Below are positions 26,777 through 40,267 of a DNA stretch of 64,000 nucleotides, piece by piece. The stretch covers positions 326,740,001 through 326,804,000 of the forward strand of contig OZ024743.1 of the NCBI GenBank assembly GCA_964016885.1. Direction: 5' to 3'. Position numbers and translations under genes: made by a program. The stretch is from Eledone cirrhosa (lineage: Eukaryota). The notes beneath the pieces are model-generated. The model was not told the origin of the DNA. It ran no database searches and was given only the letters and a program-made list of their open reading frames with translations. Position 1 is the first letter of the stretch. Every line of letters begins with the position of its first letter.

Positions 26777-27347
26777 TTCCTGTGTCAGTGTTGAACAAAA
26801 AGGTGAGGTGGTTGCCTAAACAGTGTACGGCGTAATTCGGGCTGTTTGTTTGTTTACAAACAAACAAACCGAGCATTATAATAAATGTTCGGTAAACCGA
26901 TACGTGCATGTATATATGTGTGCATGTATGTATATATATACATACTACTGTACGTCTGTATACATATATGTATGTACGTATACATGTATACATACATACT
27001 TATATTTTTTTCATTTTACGTCCGTTTTTCCCTGCTTACAAGGGTGGGACGGGAACTGATTCTGGCTTGATTTCTACAGCTGGATGCCCTTCCTAACACC
27101 AACCTCATTTACAGTGAGTGCTGGGTGCTTTTTTGCCGTGGCACCTCCACGACCACTTTGCGGTGGAATGATAGGGACTCCAGTCCCTATCATCTCATTT
27201 CTACAGCTGAGTAAACTGGAGCAATGTGAAATAAAGTGTCTTGCCCAAGGAAACAACACATTACCCGGTCTGTGAATTGAACTCACAACCTTTCGATTGC
27301 AAGGCCAATGCTCTAACCACTAAGCCATGTGCCTCCATATATATATA

Positions 27348-27583
27348 CAGGGTGCAGCAAAATGATCTGACTTTCGCGAACGCCTTCGACAGTGTGTGGA
27401 CAATAACGGCGGTCATTTGGTTGATGTAATATTTAAAACAAAATAAAACAAAATGGCATTATATGTGCCAAAAGTAGAAACAATTATATGTATATTTAGA
27501 AAATAAAAATACTTTGTTCATTCTTTATTCTATTTTGCTTTTATTAACCGTACAAATGTGTCAGATCATTTTGCCGCACCCTG
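27348..27583. mobile_element. Tc1/mariner MITE
   Basis: TIRs CAGGGTGCAGCAAAATGATCTGAC / GTCAGATCATTTTGCCGCACCCTG, TA-flanked. Confidence 0.88.
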
Positions 27584-27616
27584 TATATATATATATATAT
27601 ATGTATATAAGAGAGC

Positions 27617-27662
<46 letters not shown>

Positions 27663-28448
27663 TTGCCAAACAGTTGTGTCAAGGACATGATAACTTCCCT
27701 AGTGTTGGTGCCACGATAAAATGCACTCAGCAGAATGTGATATCGTTTGTCAGCGCCCCCAGCCCACCTGGTGCTCAGTGGCTATACTTGAGTACAGACC
27801 AGTCAGTGATGATATTGTTTCTTTCCAGAGACTATGTTGAAAAATAAATCTCATTTGATCATTTCATGAGAGTATCTTGGTTAGCCTATGGACATTTCAG
27901 CTGACCCTCATACACAGAAAAACATAAGTGATTATTCTTATGCCTGCATATCAGAGGTTATTGCATCCTCATCACAGAATAACTACCCCCCGTGGTTCTA
28001 TGTTTGGAAGAATATTGTTATAGCAATGCTATAGAATGGACCTCTGTCACTTTTGACTGAGTATCCAGTTGTTTGATCAACAGAACTGCCTGCTGATTAA
28101 ATTAACATATAAGTGACTGAGCATTTCATAGACATGTATACCCTTCACATAATTTTCAGGGAAATTCAGCATAACAGTGTGTGACAGGACTGCCCTTTTG
28201 AATTACAGATACAGTCTTTCTGATGGGCTTCCAAACAATTTCCATCTACCCTCTTTCACTTACCAGCCATGGGTTAATCTGAAGATATGGTAAATGACAC
28301 TTTCCCAAGCTGCTATGTAGTGGAATTGAACCCAGGACCTAATGATTGTGAAGATCACTTTTTAACTATTTGGCCATGCAGCATCCACAAGGCTAAACAA
28401 AATCTCAACAAAAAACTATAAATGTAATAAACAAAATATTTTTGTTAC

Positions 28449-28503
28449 CTTTACTATCTCCATGCAATACTCCCCATCATAGCGCCGTTCCAGGCCACTA
28501 CAT
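28449..28503 (-). CDS. CIROP: CIROP-like coding exon 3
   Basis: 55 nt, phase 2->0; KCSGLERRYDGEYCMEIVK (C.....Y.GE.C as recalled for CIROP). Confidence 0.85.
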
Positions 28504-28669
28504 CTGAAACAATAAGGTAAATGATATACATATGAACTGACATATAAGATAGGTTGACTATAGGGTAAATATTACACAGTGGGGGTCCTGAAATTCGCCA
28601 ACACTACACCTGATATTCCCCTTCATACACACACATGCATGTATCTGTGTGTATATCATGACTCATACA

Positions 28670-28795
28670 CTGTTCACTTTCCTGACATTTGCATATTATT
28701 CTATCTACTATACATGCACCTTTGATGAGTTGTAGTGCACCTGAGCACTGTACACAATAATTGTTATTATTATTATTATTATTATTTATTATTAT
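28670..28795 (+). mobile_element. L2-like LINE 3' tail (also ~1355-1500 and 15130-15220 on minus)
   Basis: Shared TTGATGAGTTGTAGTGCACCTGAGCACTGTACACAATAAT followed by (ATT)n. Confidence 0.5.
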
Positions 28796-29176
28796 TTAAA
28801 TAGATAAAGGATGTAAAAGTGTGTGGCTTAGTAGTTAAAGTGTTCAGCTCACAATTGTAAAGCCATGAATTTGATTCCCAGTGGTGCATGACTAACATCT
28901 CTATTCTTCCCTATTGTCTGCATCCCACCTCACCACCTCACTGGCTTTCATTTCCTCCTCTCACATTTTTAGCCATGTTTTTCCTGGTCTTCTCCTTCCA
29001 CTTTCATCTCCATTACTTTTCTCACCCAGTCACTTTCATCCTTCCTCAACACATGACCCAACTGTCTCATTCCATTTCTCTTCACAACATTCATCATTTT
29101 TTTGTTCTACTCCCATAATCCTATTACAGCATGGGATTAGCAATTTAGTAAACCATGTTAAATGAAGAATCCTTAC

Positions 29177-29255
29177 TTGTGTTTGTTTGGTCCATCACTC
29201 CACTTAGTGTGGCAAGCAGAACGAGCCAGTAACAGAGAATTCAGAGCAGGAACAA
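29177..29255 (-). CDS. CIROP: CIROP-like coding exon 2
   Basis: AG/GT bounded, 79 nt, phase 1->2; VVPALNSLLLARSACHTKWSDGPNKH resembles the LLLSR..C...W...PN block of CIROP/LMLN. Confidence 0.85.
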
Positions 29256-29900
29256 CTGTATTGAGAAAAAAAACAAAAATTAGACAAATTAACTCTTAAC
29301 ATGAAACCACATTAGCAAGCTATTCACAACAAGTACAAAACAACACTGACTGCATCACATTAAAAATTGAAGTCTTTACTCTAATACTATAATTTTTCAC
29401 AATGATCTGACACCTAGTGATAATTGAGTTATGGAATAAGCACTATATGATTAACTCTTTCATTAGCTTATTTCACTGCCTATGATTTTCAAATCATTTT
29501 GAAAATAATCAAACATTTGGAGGGATTTAGTAATATAGCTAACTTTCTCATTATTAAGCTGGTGTTGGGAACATAAAAGTTCTTACATAAAATCAACAGA
29601 CATTAAATGATAATGATGACAACCATGATCATCATCATCGTTTTTTCGTCTGTTACTTTTCATCATACCAGGGCTGATAAAATAAAGTACTGGTTTTGAG
29701 GACAGAATTGTTAGAGCATGACTTGCAGAATTTGTTCTGTCATTTTGTATTCCGAGCACTTGATAACTATCTTTCTTTAAACTACCAATCTCAGAGACTT
29801 TGAAAAAATAATTGTTCTTACCCTTCCATCCCTAACGAAACAGTAAAAAAAAAAGAAAAGAAACGTGAGAAAGAAGAGAGAAAAACAGAATCATACAAAC

Positions 29901-30189
29901 CTGATAGTAGCTGGCTGATTTTAGAAATAGCTCTGTTGACAACCTTTTTCAGAAGTGATGATATTACAACATCTTTGAAGTCCACAAAGAAAGGTGATAT
30001 ACGGATTGGCAGAAAATCTGAAGCAGATCTTCGTAGTCTACTTTCAGCTGGGTTCTGCTCATACTGCAAATATTGTTGCACGAAATCTGTGGTCTGCACT
30101 TCATCGTGCAAGCATTCAGCTTTCAATCTTGCAACTGCCAATATGAGGAGGAAAACCAATAGAAACAGAAGCAAATACAGCCTGTACAT
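29901..30189 (-). CDS. CIROP: CIROP/LMLN2-like M8 metallopeptidase, coding exon 1 (signal peptide, CLHD pro-domain motif, RLRR furin-like site)
   Basis: ATG at 30189; MYRLYLLLFLLVFLLILAVARLKAECLHDEVQ...RLRR...PIRI...SQLLS; 289 nt, phase-1 GT donor. Acceptor (ttcctag) at 30315 implies 5'UTR 30190-30314 and an upstream non-coding exon. Confidence 0.85.
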
Positions 30190-33100
30190 TGTGACAAAGG
30201 CTGTGTTGTTGTGTGACCAGCAACTAAATAGAGCTGGTATCACACACTGACTTTTTCTCAACGATCGATCACGCAGCAACTTCCACAAGTTGCAATGGAA
30301 TATCTACAGGGAACCTAGGAAATAAAACAAAAACAATTTTAATTATTATTTAATGGAATATTATTTGTTAGTTTTTAATTCCCGAAAAGAAATAGTTCAA
30401 TCATTTTCAAATTTTCAAAAATCTGTTTAATAATTAAATCTTAACACATAATGTTTTAGCAGAAAATATCTAAAATTAGGTTTGTTAATACAAATGTTTA
30501 TAGTATATTTGCTAGTGGACAGGTCTTCGAAAAAATGTACAATAATAGTATTAATAAAGTCCTTGAGTTTTAATGTGATGCAGTCATAGTGTTTTTATTC
30601 TTTTAAAAAATGTCTTACTAATGTGACACAGGATATTAAGAGTAACTAGGATTAGTGCATGTATTATCATCATCATCAACTTCATTTTTACACTGACTTT
30701 TCCATGCTGGCATGAGTTGGATGAGACATTTTGAGGCAATGTTTTACAGTCAGATGCCCTTCCTGACGCCAACCCTTTTAGTTGCTTCTCACGTCATGCA
30801 GGGATACAGTGTACCTATTCTAAACGGGATACACACAATAAGTCTATATTACTATCATTTAACATACATTTTTCCATGCTAGCATGAACAGGACAGGTCA
30901 TCACAAACTATGCCAGTATTTAATCAGAGCTACTGTCTTCCAAAACAAACCGCAAACCACATCACACATATGTTCCAGTGTAAGCATGTTTTCTATAGCT
31001 GGAAGCCCTTTCTATCACCAACCAATTTACAAAGTGTACCAAATGTATTCTTTCATGGCACTAGCATTAAGGAAGCTGTTGCGTCCTTGACACAACTGAA
31101 GAGTCTTCCAAACCCTTGTTTGGCATGGTTTCGACAGTGGGATGCCCTTCCTATCATCAACCACTTTACAGAGTGTACTAGGTGCAGTCTATCATGGTAT
31201 CTTGGGAAGTGTCTCCAACTATAGCCTTGGATTGACCAATATCTTCTGAATGAAATTTGGTAGATGGAAACTGTGTAGAAGCCCATCATATTTATATGTG
31301 TGTGTGATAGAGTTTACATTTACTGTTTGTTTGTGTCCCATGTCCTAACAACGACAAGAGGTTGATAAAATAAATACCAGACATGAAAAAAATAGGTGCT
31401 GAAGTCACTATGATTGACAAATCCCCACTATGGCCTCAGTCAATGACTGAAATAAATAAAAGAATACAAGAAAATACTTTACTCTGTCAAAAATGTTTAT
31501 ATAACTGTGCAAGCAAATAAACACTATAATAATAATAAAAGAGATTGCTGGGGGTGATTACAAGACTATGACACTGGAATAGTCAGGCACCTTCACGGGC
31601 ATCACCTGCTATGTTAGTAAGGCAAGCTAACAATTACAAGAAACTTGTCAGCAGCCCAGCTCCCCCAAACATCTCAAATGTCACAGACTTGTGCAGACCA
31701 TTCCTAGTTAACTCAGGGTTTTTTCCTTAGTATGATTGAGAAGTATTTCTCAATCTTATTCCCTATGGAGTTATCTTTTGAATTCTTTAAAAAGTTCTCA
31801 TTGCTTTACAAAAAATAGGATCTTGATACTTATTAATAATTGAATACAATTGAAAATAAATCGATAATATATTAGATTGAGAAGTCTTGACCAGGGGATT
31901 TCAGGTCAACACTGGTGCTTCTATACGGTCGTTCAACCTGCTGAATATATCAGCCAAATCTATTCAAATTGTAAACTACTTATCTTTTTTAAAAAAAAGA
32001 AAGAAAGCACATTGGATAATATAATTCCTATTGTGCTATGCCTAAATAAAGTGAGATGATCATGGCTGGAAAGTTTTCGATTACTGCCCTACTGGATCAA
32101 GGCTGCCTTGAAGATAAACACCAGTTTCATAATTGTCTATATGCGCATCTTAATAAGAATTTCGCTTCACAATCATCGATTACTACTGCTATTTGTGCCA
32201 AATTCTTTCTGGCATGATAGAGACTTTTGAAAATGCTAAAAGAATAACTTGTTTTACTTAACTATACTTTTATTTCCATTAGAATGGAATAAGTGATACA
32301 GAAATAAAAAAATAATAAAATAAAAAAAATTGAAGAATCTAGAGTTTCCAATACAGAGTATAAAATATCAGCTTTGGGTTATTTAATGTTTATTTTGAAG
32401 ACTGTAAATCAATAGGCCTCTGTCGGTTTCGACGATGAATGTTCTAGTTATTCAATCAACGAAAGAGTCTGCTCATTAATGTGCAAGTGGCTGATCATTC
32501 CACAGACAAGTGTACCCATAACATAATTTTCAGAAAGATTCAGCCTAACACGGTGTACTTGGCTGGTCCTTTAAATTACCGATACAGCCCATCCGACGGG
32601 CTTCCAAATTTTCCGTCTACCCAATTTTATTCACAAAGTATGAGTCGACCCGAGACTATGGTAAATAACGTTTGCTAAAATATGCCACGCAGTGGGATTG
32701 AACTAGGAACCTAATGACTGCAGTAACGTTAAGACCTACTGCGTCACACGTCCAAACTGACATACTGGCTTGCTTCTATTTATTTTATTTTTACAATCAA
32801 ACATTTAAAAAATAAATAAATGATTATCTTGACTGACAAGCAGTTAGCTATAAGATCAATATCTATTCACAAATGAATGAATAATTAAATCAATAGGAAG
32901 CTTGGTGGAAGAGACAAACTTTCACGAAGTGTGTGTGTGTATTTTATACGTCTCTAAATCGTGATGTATATCTATCTAAAGTACTGTAGGCGAAATGAGT
33001 AAATATAAGCAGAAATGAGATCGCATCACGGTGTAAACAAAGTAAAAATCGATAAATACTAATGAATAATAAATACATTTTTTTTAAATATCCAGTGAAT

Positions 33101-33823
33101 CTAGTCTTTAATTTCTCTTCAGTATTTTATGGGAAGTGGAATTGTTTTAAGCACTGAATAAATATATCAAAGGGAAAGTTTAATAAAAGAAAAAAGTGCC
33201 CGCTGCCATTTTGGAAAGGATGAGAGAAGAAACGAAGTTATAACATGACAAAATACTGTATTGGTTTTTTGTTATAGCATTTAAACTAAGCATAATTTGT
33301 AAAATAAGCCAACTAACTTCGAATAAGAACTTATTTTGCGCTTGAATAGGATTAACTCAACTATTGGTATCTTTTAACAAACATCAATAAGGCATCTTAT
33401 CTAGCAGTAAGAATTACAGGGGACGAAATATTCAAGATAAGCGTAACGCTTATGCCTTTAATTAAATGAATTAGCGACCTTAATGAAGTGAAACGAAATT
33501 ATTCTTATGTTGATTATTGATAAACATATATATGTTGGTTTAAAAGATAGTAAACATGTGTCTATTTCGACTGTAATTCCATCACATAACATCAACACCG
33601 GGAAGCATTGAGAAACTTTCGGTGCGTGAAAAAGACGTAAAGATGAAAAGTTTTGCTTTTTCTTATTTCTTCACTATCAATCACAACAGAAGAATTTCAA
33701 TAGTGATTGAAACTAAGAAGTTTAGGGAAAACTTAAAAAATAAGGAATATATTTTAAATGATACAGAACTATTAAGAGAAAAAAATAGACATCAGTTTGA
33801 GAGTAGGTTTACTGAGTACTTAC

Positions 33824-33900
33824 ATGATAAAGTGGGACGGGAGTGCTGCTTCCATAATAGAGAGAACTGATGCTGTGAGAAACTACGGCTTTTATCCTTC
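33824..33900 (-). promoter_or_regulatory. Candidate non-coding first exon/promoter region of the CIROP-like gene
   Basis: GTAAGTA donor at 33823-33817 in a locally CpG-richer 33-34.5 kb zone, upstream of the unmatched acceptor at 30315; 5' limit arbitrary. Confidence 0.25.
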
Positions 33901-36900
33901 TTCTCTCTCTATCTATCTATTTCTCTATCTATCTATCTATCTCTTATAGAAGCTTCCTCATTTTTTTCGCATATATGTGTGTGTGTGTATGAGATATTTC
34001 TAGTTAAGACTAGTAAGCGTATTATTCAACTTAGTACTCGATAATTAAGGAAAATAGAATGTAGATATTTAAGATAGAATGCCCGACGGTCAAGCTTAAA
34101 CCGTTTCGATGGGAAATGCGAAATAATTTTCCCGTTTTGCCATTCTCCATAACAGAGAACTGGTACTGTGAGAGAAATTACAGCTGTTCTCTCACAGAAG
34201 CTTCCTCTCTTTTCGCCTATATCTATATATCTATACATATATATATTATTGAACTAGTTTGAGCATTCGATGCATAAGTGGTATTGCACGTTTGGTGTTA
34301 CCCTTTGGTCGGTATCCTTCATAAGCAGAGTGTTAATAATAATAACAACAATAATAAGGAGTAGGAACGGGGTGTCAAAATATGTTTATTTATGTGTGGC
34401 GGGCGTTTCGCGATCAATCTGCTCAAGGTACAATTCGTGCCCGATGGGAAATGTGAAATAGTTTCCCCATTTTGTCATTGAAACAGCTTATGCTTGACCG
34501 TCAAGCATTCTATCCTATAATATACATTTCCAAATTAATTTGTCCAACAATGTTGAAGACTTAGAGAATTCAAGAGAAAATCTGATCACGAAGGAGAAGT
34601 GCTGTTGTCAGTAGTCAGTACACTGACCAAAAATATTCTGTCCAATACATTAACATTCTCTATTTATTTACATTACTCTATATTTACTATTATATTTTCA
34701 CGGTAAACACTTTATCTCACATAATATCAAATCTATGAGATTTTGATATTATTTATTTTGAGAACAATACCTTAACATAAGTATGAGCAACCAGTTACAG
34801 CCAGTTTGAACAGAAGGAGGTGAGATAATTCTGGCCGGTTTATATGCTAAAGAGTTAATTTGTTCTTCATGCAGGAGTTTAGTTTCTGTCTGGCAATACA
34901 TTTAGGTAAATGCTACATTTATTGATAAATTAAATTCATCATTTTCTTCAATGCTGCCATGGGTTGTATGGGTTTCTATGGTCTGAGATCAGATGGGTCG
35001 GAGCAACACATCTTGCTCATTACATTCCATATTTGACACAGTTTCTATGGCTGGATAACCACCTTACAGTGTGTGCTAGGTACATTTTTCATGACACTGC
35101 CGCTTTACAGGGGAGTGGGTACATTTTATCGTGACACTAACATTTTACAGGATGTACTTGCATTTTATCATGGCACCAGTACTAGAGAGTTTATCACATG
35201 CCAGGCCAGACTGAAGGTCCTCTGACTTCTACAATGTCTCCCTTCAATTGCCAAACACTGTCACCCTTTTAGTATTGCAGTGCTTATATCCATGTTTGAT
35301 AAATTAAATTCAAAACTGCAAATAATAAAATGACTATTTAAAAGTAATAATTTAATCCTTTTGATACCAAACTGCCTGAAACCATCCCTCGTTCTATGAT
35401 GAGACATAACTGTTTATTTTAAAGTGTTTATATTATACTGTTCCATCAGAATCTTATGGAAGGGTCTTTGTTAAGTTATGCTAAATAAGGAAAAAGTTAT
35501 ATTATTAAACCTCTCCAAATTGGTTATTTTCAAAATGATTTAAAAATAATAAGCAGTGCCTTTCATTAGAAATATGGAATGAAGAAAGTAAAAGTATTAC
35601 AAGTCATACTTAGTTCACTTCTCTTATAATCTTCAGAAAAGCATGAGCACCAAAACAGCCAGGTTGTGTGCCTCATAATCACATGGTTTTAGTTCCAATC
35701 CTACAGAAACAGCATGGATACCTCACATTTGTGATTGAAATTGAGTAGAGGGACATTGTGAGGAAACTTGTCAGATGGTATGTGTCTGTTTTCAGTTGCT
35801 AATACCATCTACCAGTCGCAACTCCCAGCAGAATGCTTCCACATTATTTTTTATCCTTGCTAAATTAAGGATGAGTTACATATCATCTTCACATTATCAT
35901 CATCACCGTTTAACATCCATTTTTCCACGCTAGCAGGAGTTAGGCGGGTTGTTCCATTAGAGGCAAGTTGGGTCAGGTGACCATGTCTTGCTCACACAGA
36001 ACTGTTTCTGGCTTGGTTTCTATAGCTGGATGCCCTTCCTAACGCCAACCCCATTTACAGTGTGTACTGGGTGCTTTTTGTCATGACACCTACACAACAA
36101 CTTTACAGTGTGGGCTGGATGCTTTTTGTCATGACACCTACACGACCACTTTACAGTGTGAGCTGGGTGCTTTTTGTCATGATACCTACACAACTTTACA
36201 GTGTGAGCTGGGTGCTTTTTGCCATGACATTATGTACATGAATATAAGCTACCTCTCTACTATTACATAAATGAAAAAAATGAACTTATTGACTATGAAC
36301 TCTATAGCATTAATGTAATACTGTTAATAAATCATTCTATTTTCTACATATTTTCTGATGTTCTCATAATATTCATTCACATGAGATTCCTTGTATTCCA
36401 CTGTTAAAGACAATTCTGTCTTTGTCATTCATTACATATTTGATGTCAATTCACTTAATTTAATTACATTACTGACACAGTTAAATTAGTTATCATCCAA
36501 AACACTACTACTTTGGTGACTAGTGTTTGAAGTAAATAGCATCACAAAATGGAGCTTTAAAATAGTGACAACTAACCTCAGAAAGAACACAAAATATGAA
36601 TATATGTGACACTACAAAAAAACAAAATTATTTTAAAAAATGAAAATGTTCACATGACTGACTAAAAGAAAACATTCCAATAACTGGACTAGGACATAAA
36701 TAAATACATAAAAAGACCTTATTCCATTCAGTAAGTTCATATACCCTGTTATTTTTAGACGATTGTATTTAGTCAAAGTTACGGCAAACCTTTCTAATTT
36801 AATTTTCAAATATAGAAATAGAGATAAATGTATATTTATGAATACAAATATAGAACTATCTCAAATAAGGCTCAAAATTGACCAAAGGGAAGATTGTAGT

Positions 36901-37829
36901 AAAATACTAGAGAGAGAGATTTATGTATATATATATATATATAAAATAAAACAAGGATGAGTGGTTACTCCTTCATTACGTTTATTGGTTGGTGACGCGT
37001 GTTTCGCCACTGATCAGCTCTAGGTCCTAAAGGACATACTACACTCCCTAGATATAGATATATATATATATATATATGGGTTAGTGGTTAGAGCATTGGC
37101 CTTGCAATCGAAAGTTGTAAGTTCAATTCTCAGACTGGGTGATGTGTTGTTTCCTTGAGCAAGACACTTTATTTCACATTGCTCCAGTTTATTCAGCTGT
37201 AGAAATGAGATGATAGGGACTGGGGTCCCTATCATTCCACAGCAAAGTGGACATGGAGGTGCCACGGCAAAAAAGCACCCAGCACTCACTGTAAACGAGG
37301 TTGGTGTTAGGAAGGGCATCCAGCTGTAGAAATCAAGCCAGAATCAGTTCCCGTCCCACCCTTGCAAGCAGGGAAAAGTGGACGTAAAATGATGATGATA
37401 TATATATATCATCATCATCATCACCGTTTTACATCCGTTCTTCCACGCTAGCATGGGTTAGACGGGTTGTCCTGTTGTAGGCAGTGTCCGGTTGGCTGAC
37501 CTTGTCTTGCTCATACAGGAACTGATTCTGGCTTGATTTCTACAGCTGGATGCCCTTCCTAACACCAACCTCGTTTACAGTGAGTGCTGGGTGCTTTTTT
37601 TCCGTGGCGCCTACACATCCACTTTACAGTGTGGGCTGGGTGCTTTTTTTCCGTGGCGCCTACACGTCCACTTTACAGTGTGGGCTGGGTGCTTTTTTGT
37701 CGTGGCGCCTCCACAACCACTTTGCAGTGGGAGGGGGGGGGGGAATATTGTCTATATGCTTCAGCTTGTTCTTGTGGAGGTGTCGGGTCTTCTGTATTAC
37801 TGCGTGACGCCAGAGGTCATGGTTGGTTG

Positions 37830-38716
37830 TGTGTCATTGCCCTTGAGAGGTGCAATTGGGAAAGGTCGGCCTTTATCACCTCATCCCAAGTCTTCTTGGG
37901 TCTCCCCACTCAGCAACTTCCGGCGACTTCTAGTGTTCTGCACCTTCTTATGCAGCTGTCATCCTTCATACGCCTCTCCTGCACACACCATTTGATTCCT
38001 CTTATGCTCAGTCTCTCATTTCGTTTATACTTTGCCGTTTGCGTATATTACTATTACACATCCATCGGAGAATACAAGCTTCATTTCTTTCTAATCTACG
38101 CAAGTCTTCTACACACAGCGCCCAGGTTTCACTTCCATGTAACATTGCTGTTCGTATACACGCATCATACAGTCTGTCTTTCATTTTGAGGGAAAAGCCT
38201 TTTGCAACTAGCAGTGGCAGTAGCTCCCTGAACTTCTTCCATCCCGTTCTTACTCTAGTTATTGTACTTTCCGAACACCCACCTCCGCTGCTAATTCGGT
38301 CACCTAGGTAACAGAAGCTGTCTACTGTTTCTACAGAGTTTGGTGGTGCTTGTTTCCTGTGGTCGTTTGTTGCTTGCTGTCCCAGCACAGCTGCTACATG
38401 TGAAGCCTATATTCTTAGATAAACTTCCTGAGATCCCACTACATCTCTTGTGTACCCATTGTTTGCCTTTGGGACAGAGGATGGAGTTCCTACCTACACC
38501 TTTCCTACATACTGAGCAAGGCCATTTCCCTGAGGGAATCTGGGTTCTGTTTTCTCATCTACTTACAAGAACCTTAGTCTTCGTCAGGTTGATTTTGAGA
38601 CCCTTTCTTTCTAGTCCCTGCTTCCAAGTTTGGAATTTCTTCTCTAGTTCCACCATGGATTGCTGGCAATAACGGAGGAGTTTAACACCGGATGCCCATG
38701 GGAACACCTGTATGGT
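37830..38716 (-). mobile_element. RTE LINE fragment with inverted 5' segment
   Basis: Minus strand ...GKWPCSVCRKGVG...VDSFCYLGD...LHGSETWA; plus-strand piece AITEEFNTGCPWEHLY at 38666-38716. Confidence 0.85.
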
Positions 38717-40267
38717 CTACCCAATTACTAATACTATCTACCGGTCGCAACTCCAGGTAGAAGGAGCAACATGAAATAAAGTGTCTTGCTCAAGGACATA
38801 ACACATTGTGCGGTCCAGGAATCAAACTCACAACTTCACGATTGTGAATCCAATTCTCAGTCACGTGCCTTCACTATATATATGTGTGTGCATGTGTATA
38901 TATGTGTGTGTGTGTGATTGTGTATATGTGTGTGTGTGTGTATGTAAAGAAGACTTCAACAAAAATAGTTTTGTTTACCAAATCTATCAGACTTGGAAAT
39001 CTCCAATATCTCAGTATCTCAGAATAAGTGAGCAATTCTGATGGTTGATAAAACTTCAGAAATCTACACTGTCCCAAAATAATATATACATACTTCAACA
39101 GCATTCTAATAAATGTGTATACATTTTTAGGGGGACATCCTATGTTCTTACTCCAATATTGATGTAGGTGTGATATAATCACAGCTTACTGAATATGGGT
39201 CCATATATGCTTTTATTCTGAACCACAGTTATAACATAAAAGAAGTTTAATGAGTTTAACAAAAAGGAAATTATCAAGAAATAGATTAACAAGAGGATTA
39301 GCAAGGAGTTGGCCAAGGAGATTAAGAAGATATGGATTAACAGGAAGATAGTGAAGGCACATGGCTTAGTGGTTAGAGCATTGGGCTTGCAATCGAAAGG
39401 TTGTGAGTTCAATTCTCGGACCGGGTGATGTGTTGTTTCCTTGAGTAAGACACTCTATTTCACATTGCTCCAGTTTACTCAGCTGTAGAAATGAGATGAT
39501 AGGGACTGGGATCCCTATCATTCCACTGCAAAGTGGACATGTAGGCCACAGAAAAAAAAAGCACCCAGCACTCACTGTAAATGAAGTTGGTGTTAGGAAG
39601 GGCATCCAGCTGTAGAAATCAAGCCTGAATCAGTTCCCGTATGAGCAAGACAAAGTCAGCCAACTGGTAGAAATCAAGCCAGAATCAGTTCCCGTATGAG
39701 CAAGACAAAGTCAGCCAACTGGACACTGCCCACAACAGGACAACCCGTCTAACCCATGCTAGCGTGGAAGAACAGACGTAAAAAAACGGTGAAAAAAAAA
39801 TAGGTTTAACAAAACACTGATTAAATGGAACTGGAGAGGAAAGATAAGTCATTGCAAAGGAGAGGAGAAGAGGGAAAATATAATTAATATTCTAAATTGA
39901 GAAACCAGGTTAGCGTGAACACCCAGTAGGAGGTATCAGGGCTGAAACTGAATAGCCAAGGAAAATACTTACATCCTGTATATGTATGTGTGAGTGTATG
40001 TCTGTGTGTGTGTATTATCATCATTTAATGTCCGTTTTCACTGCTAGCAAGGATACATCATCATCATCATCGTTTAACGTCCATCTTCCACGCTTGCATA
40101 TTTATATATACCTATATATGTATATATATATATAAATACCAACTAACCCATGCTAGCATGAAAGATGGACGTTAAACGATGGTGGTGATGAAATATATAA
40201 ATATATATATATTTTTTAAAAGGGAGTAAGGTTCTATACAAAACAGGGGTTATAGAGAAAAGCAGCA

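Noticed and set aside
262-30189. Assignment as invadolysin (LMLN)
   Set aside because: Motifs and shorter inter-motif spacing fit recalled CIROP better; still needs a phylogeny.
30190-30288. N-terminal extension MWKLLRD... of exon 1
   Set aside because: Starts at a non-ATG codon; the ATG at 30189 directly precedes the signal peptide.
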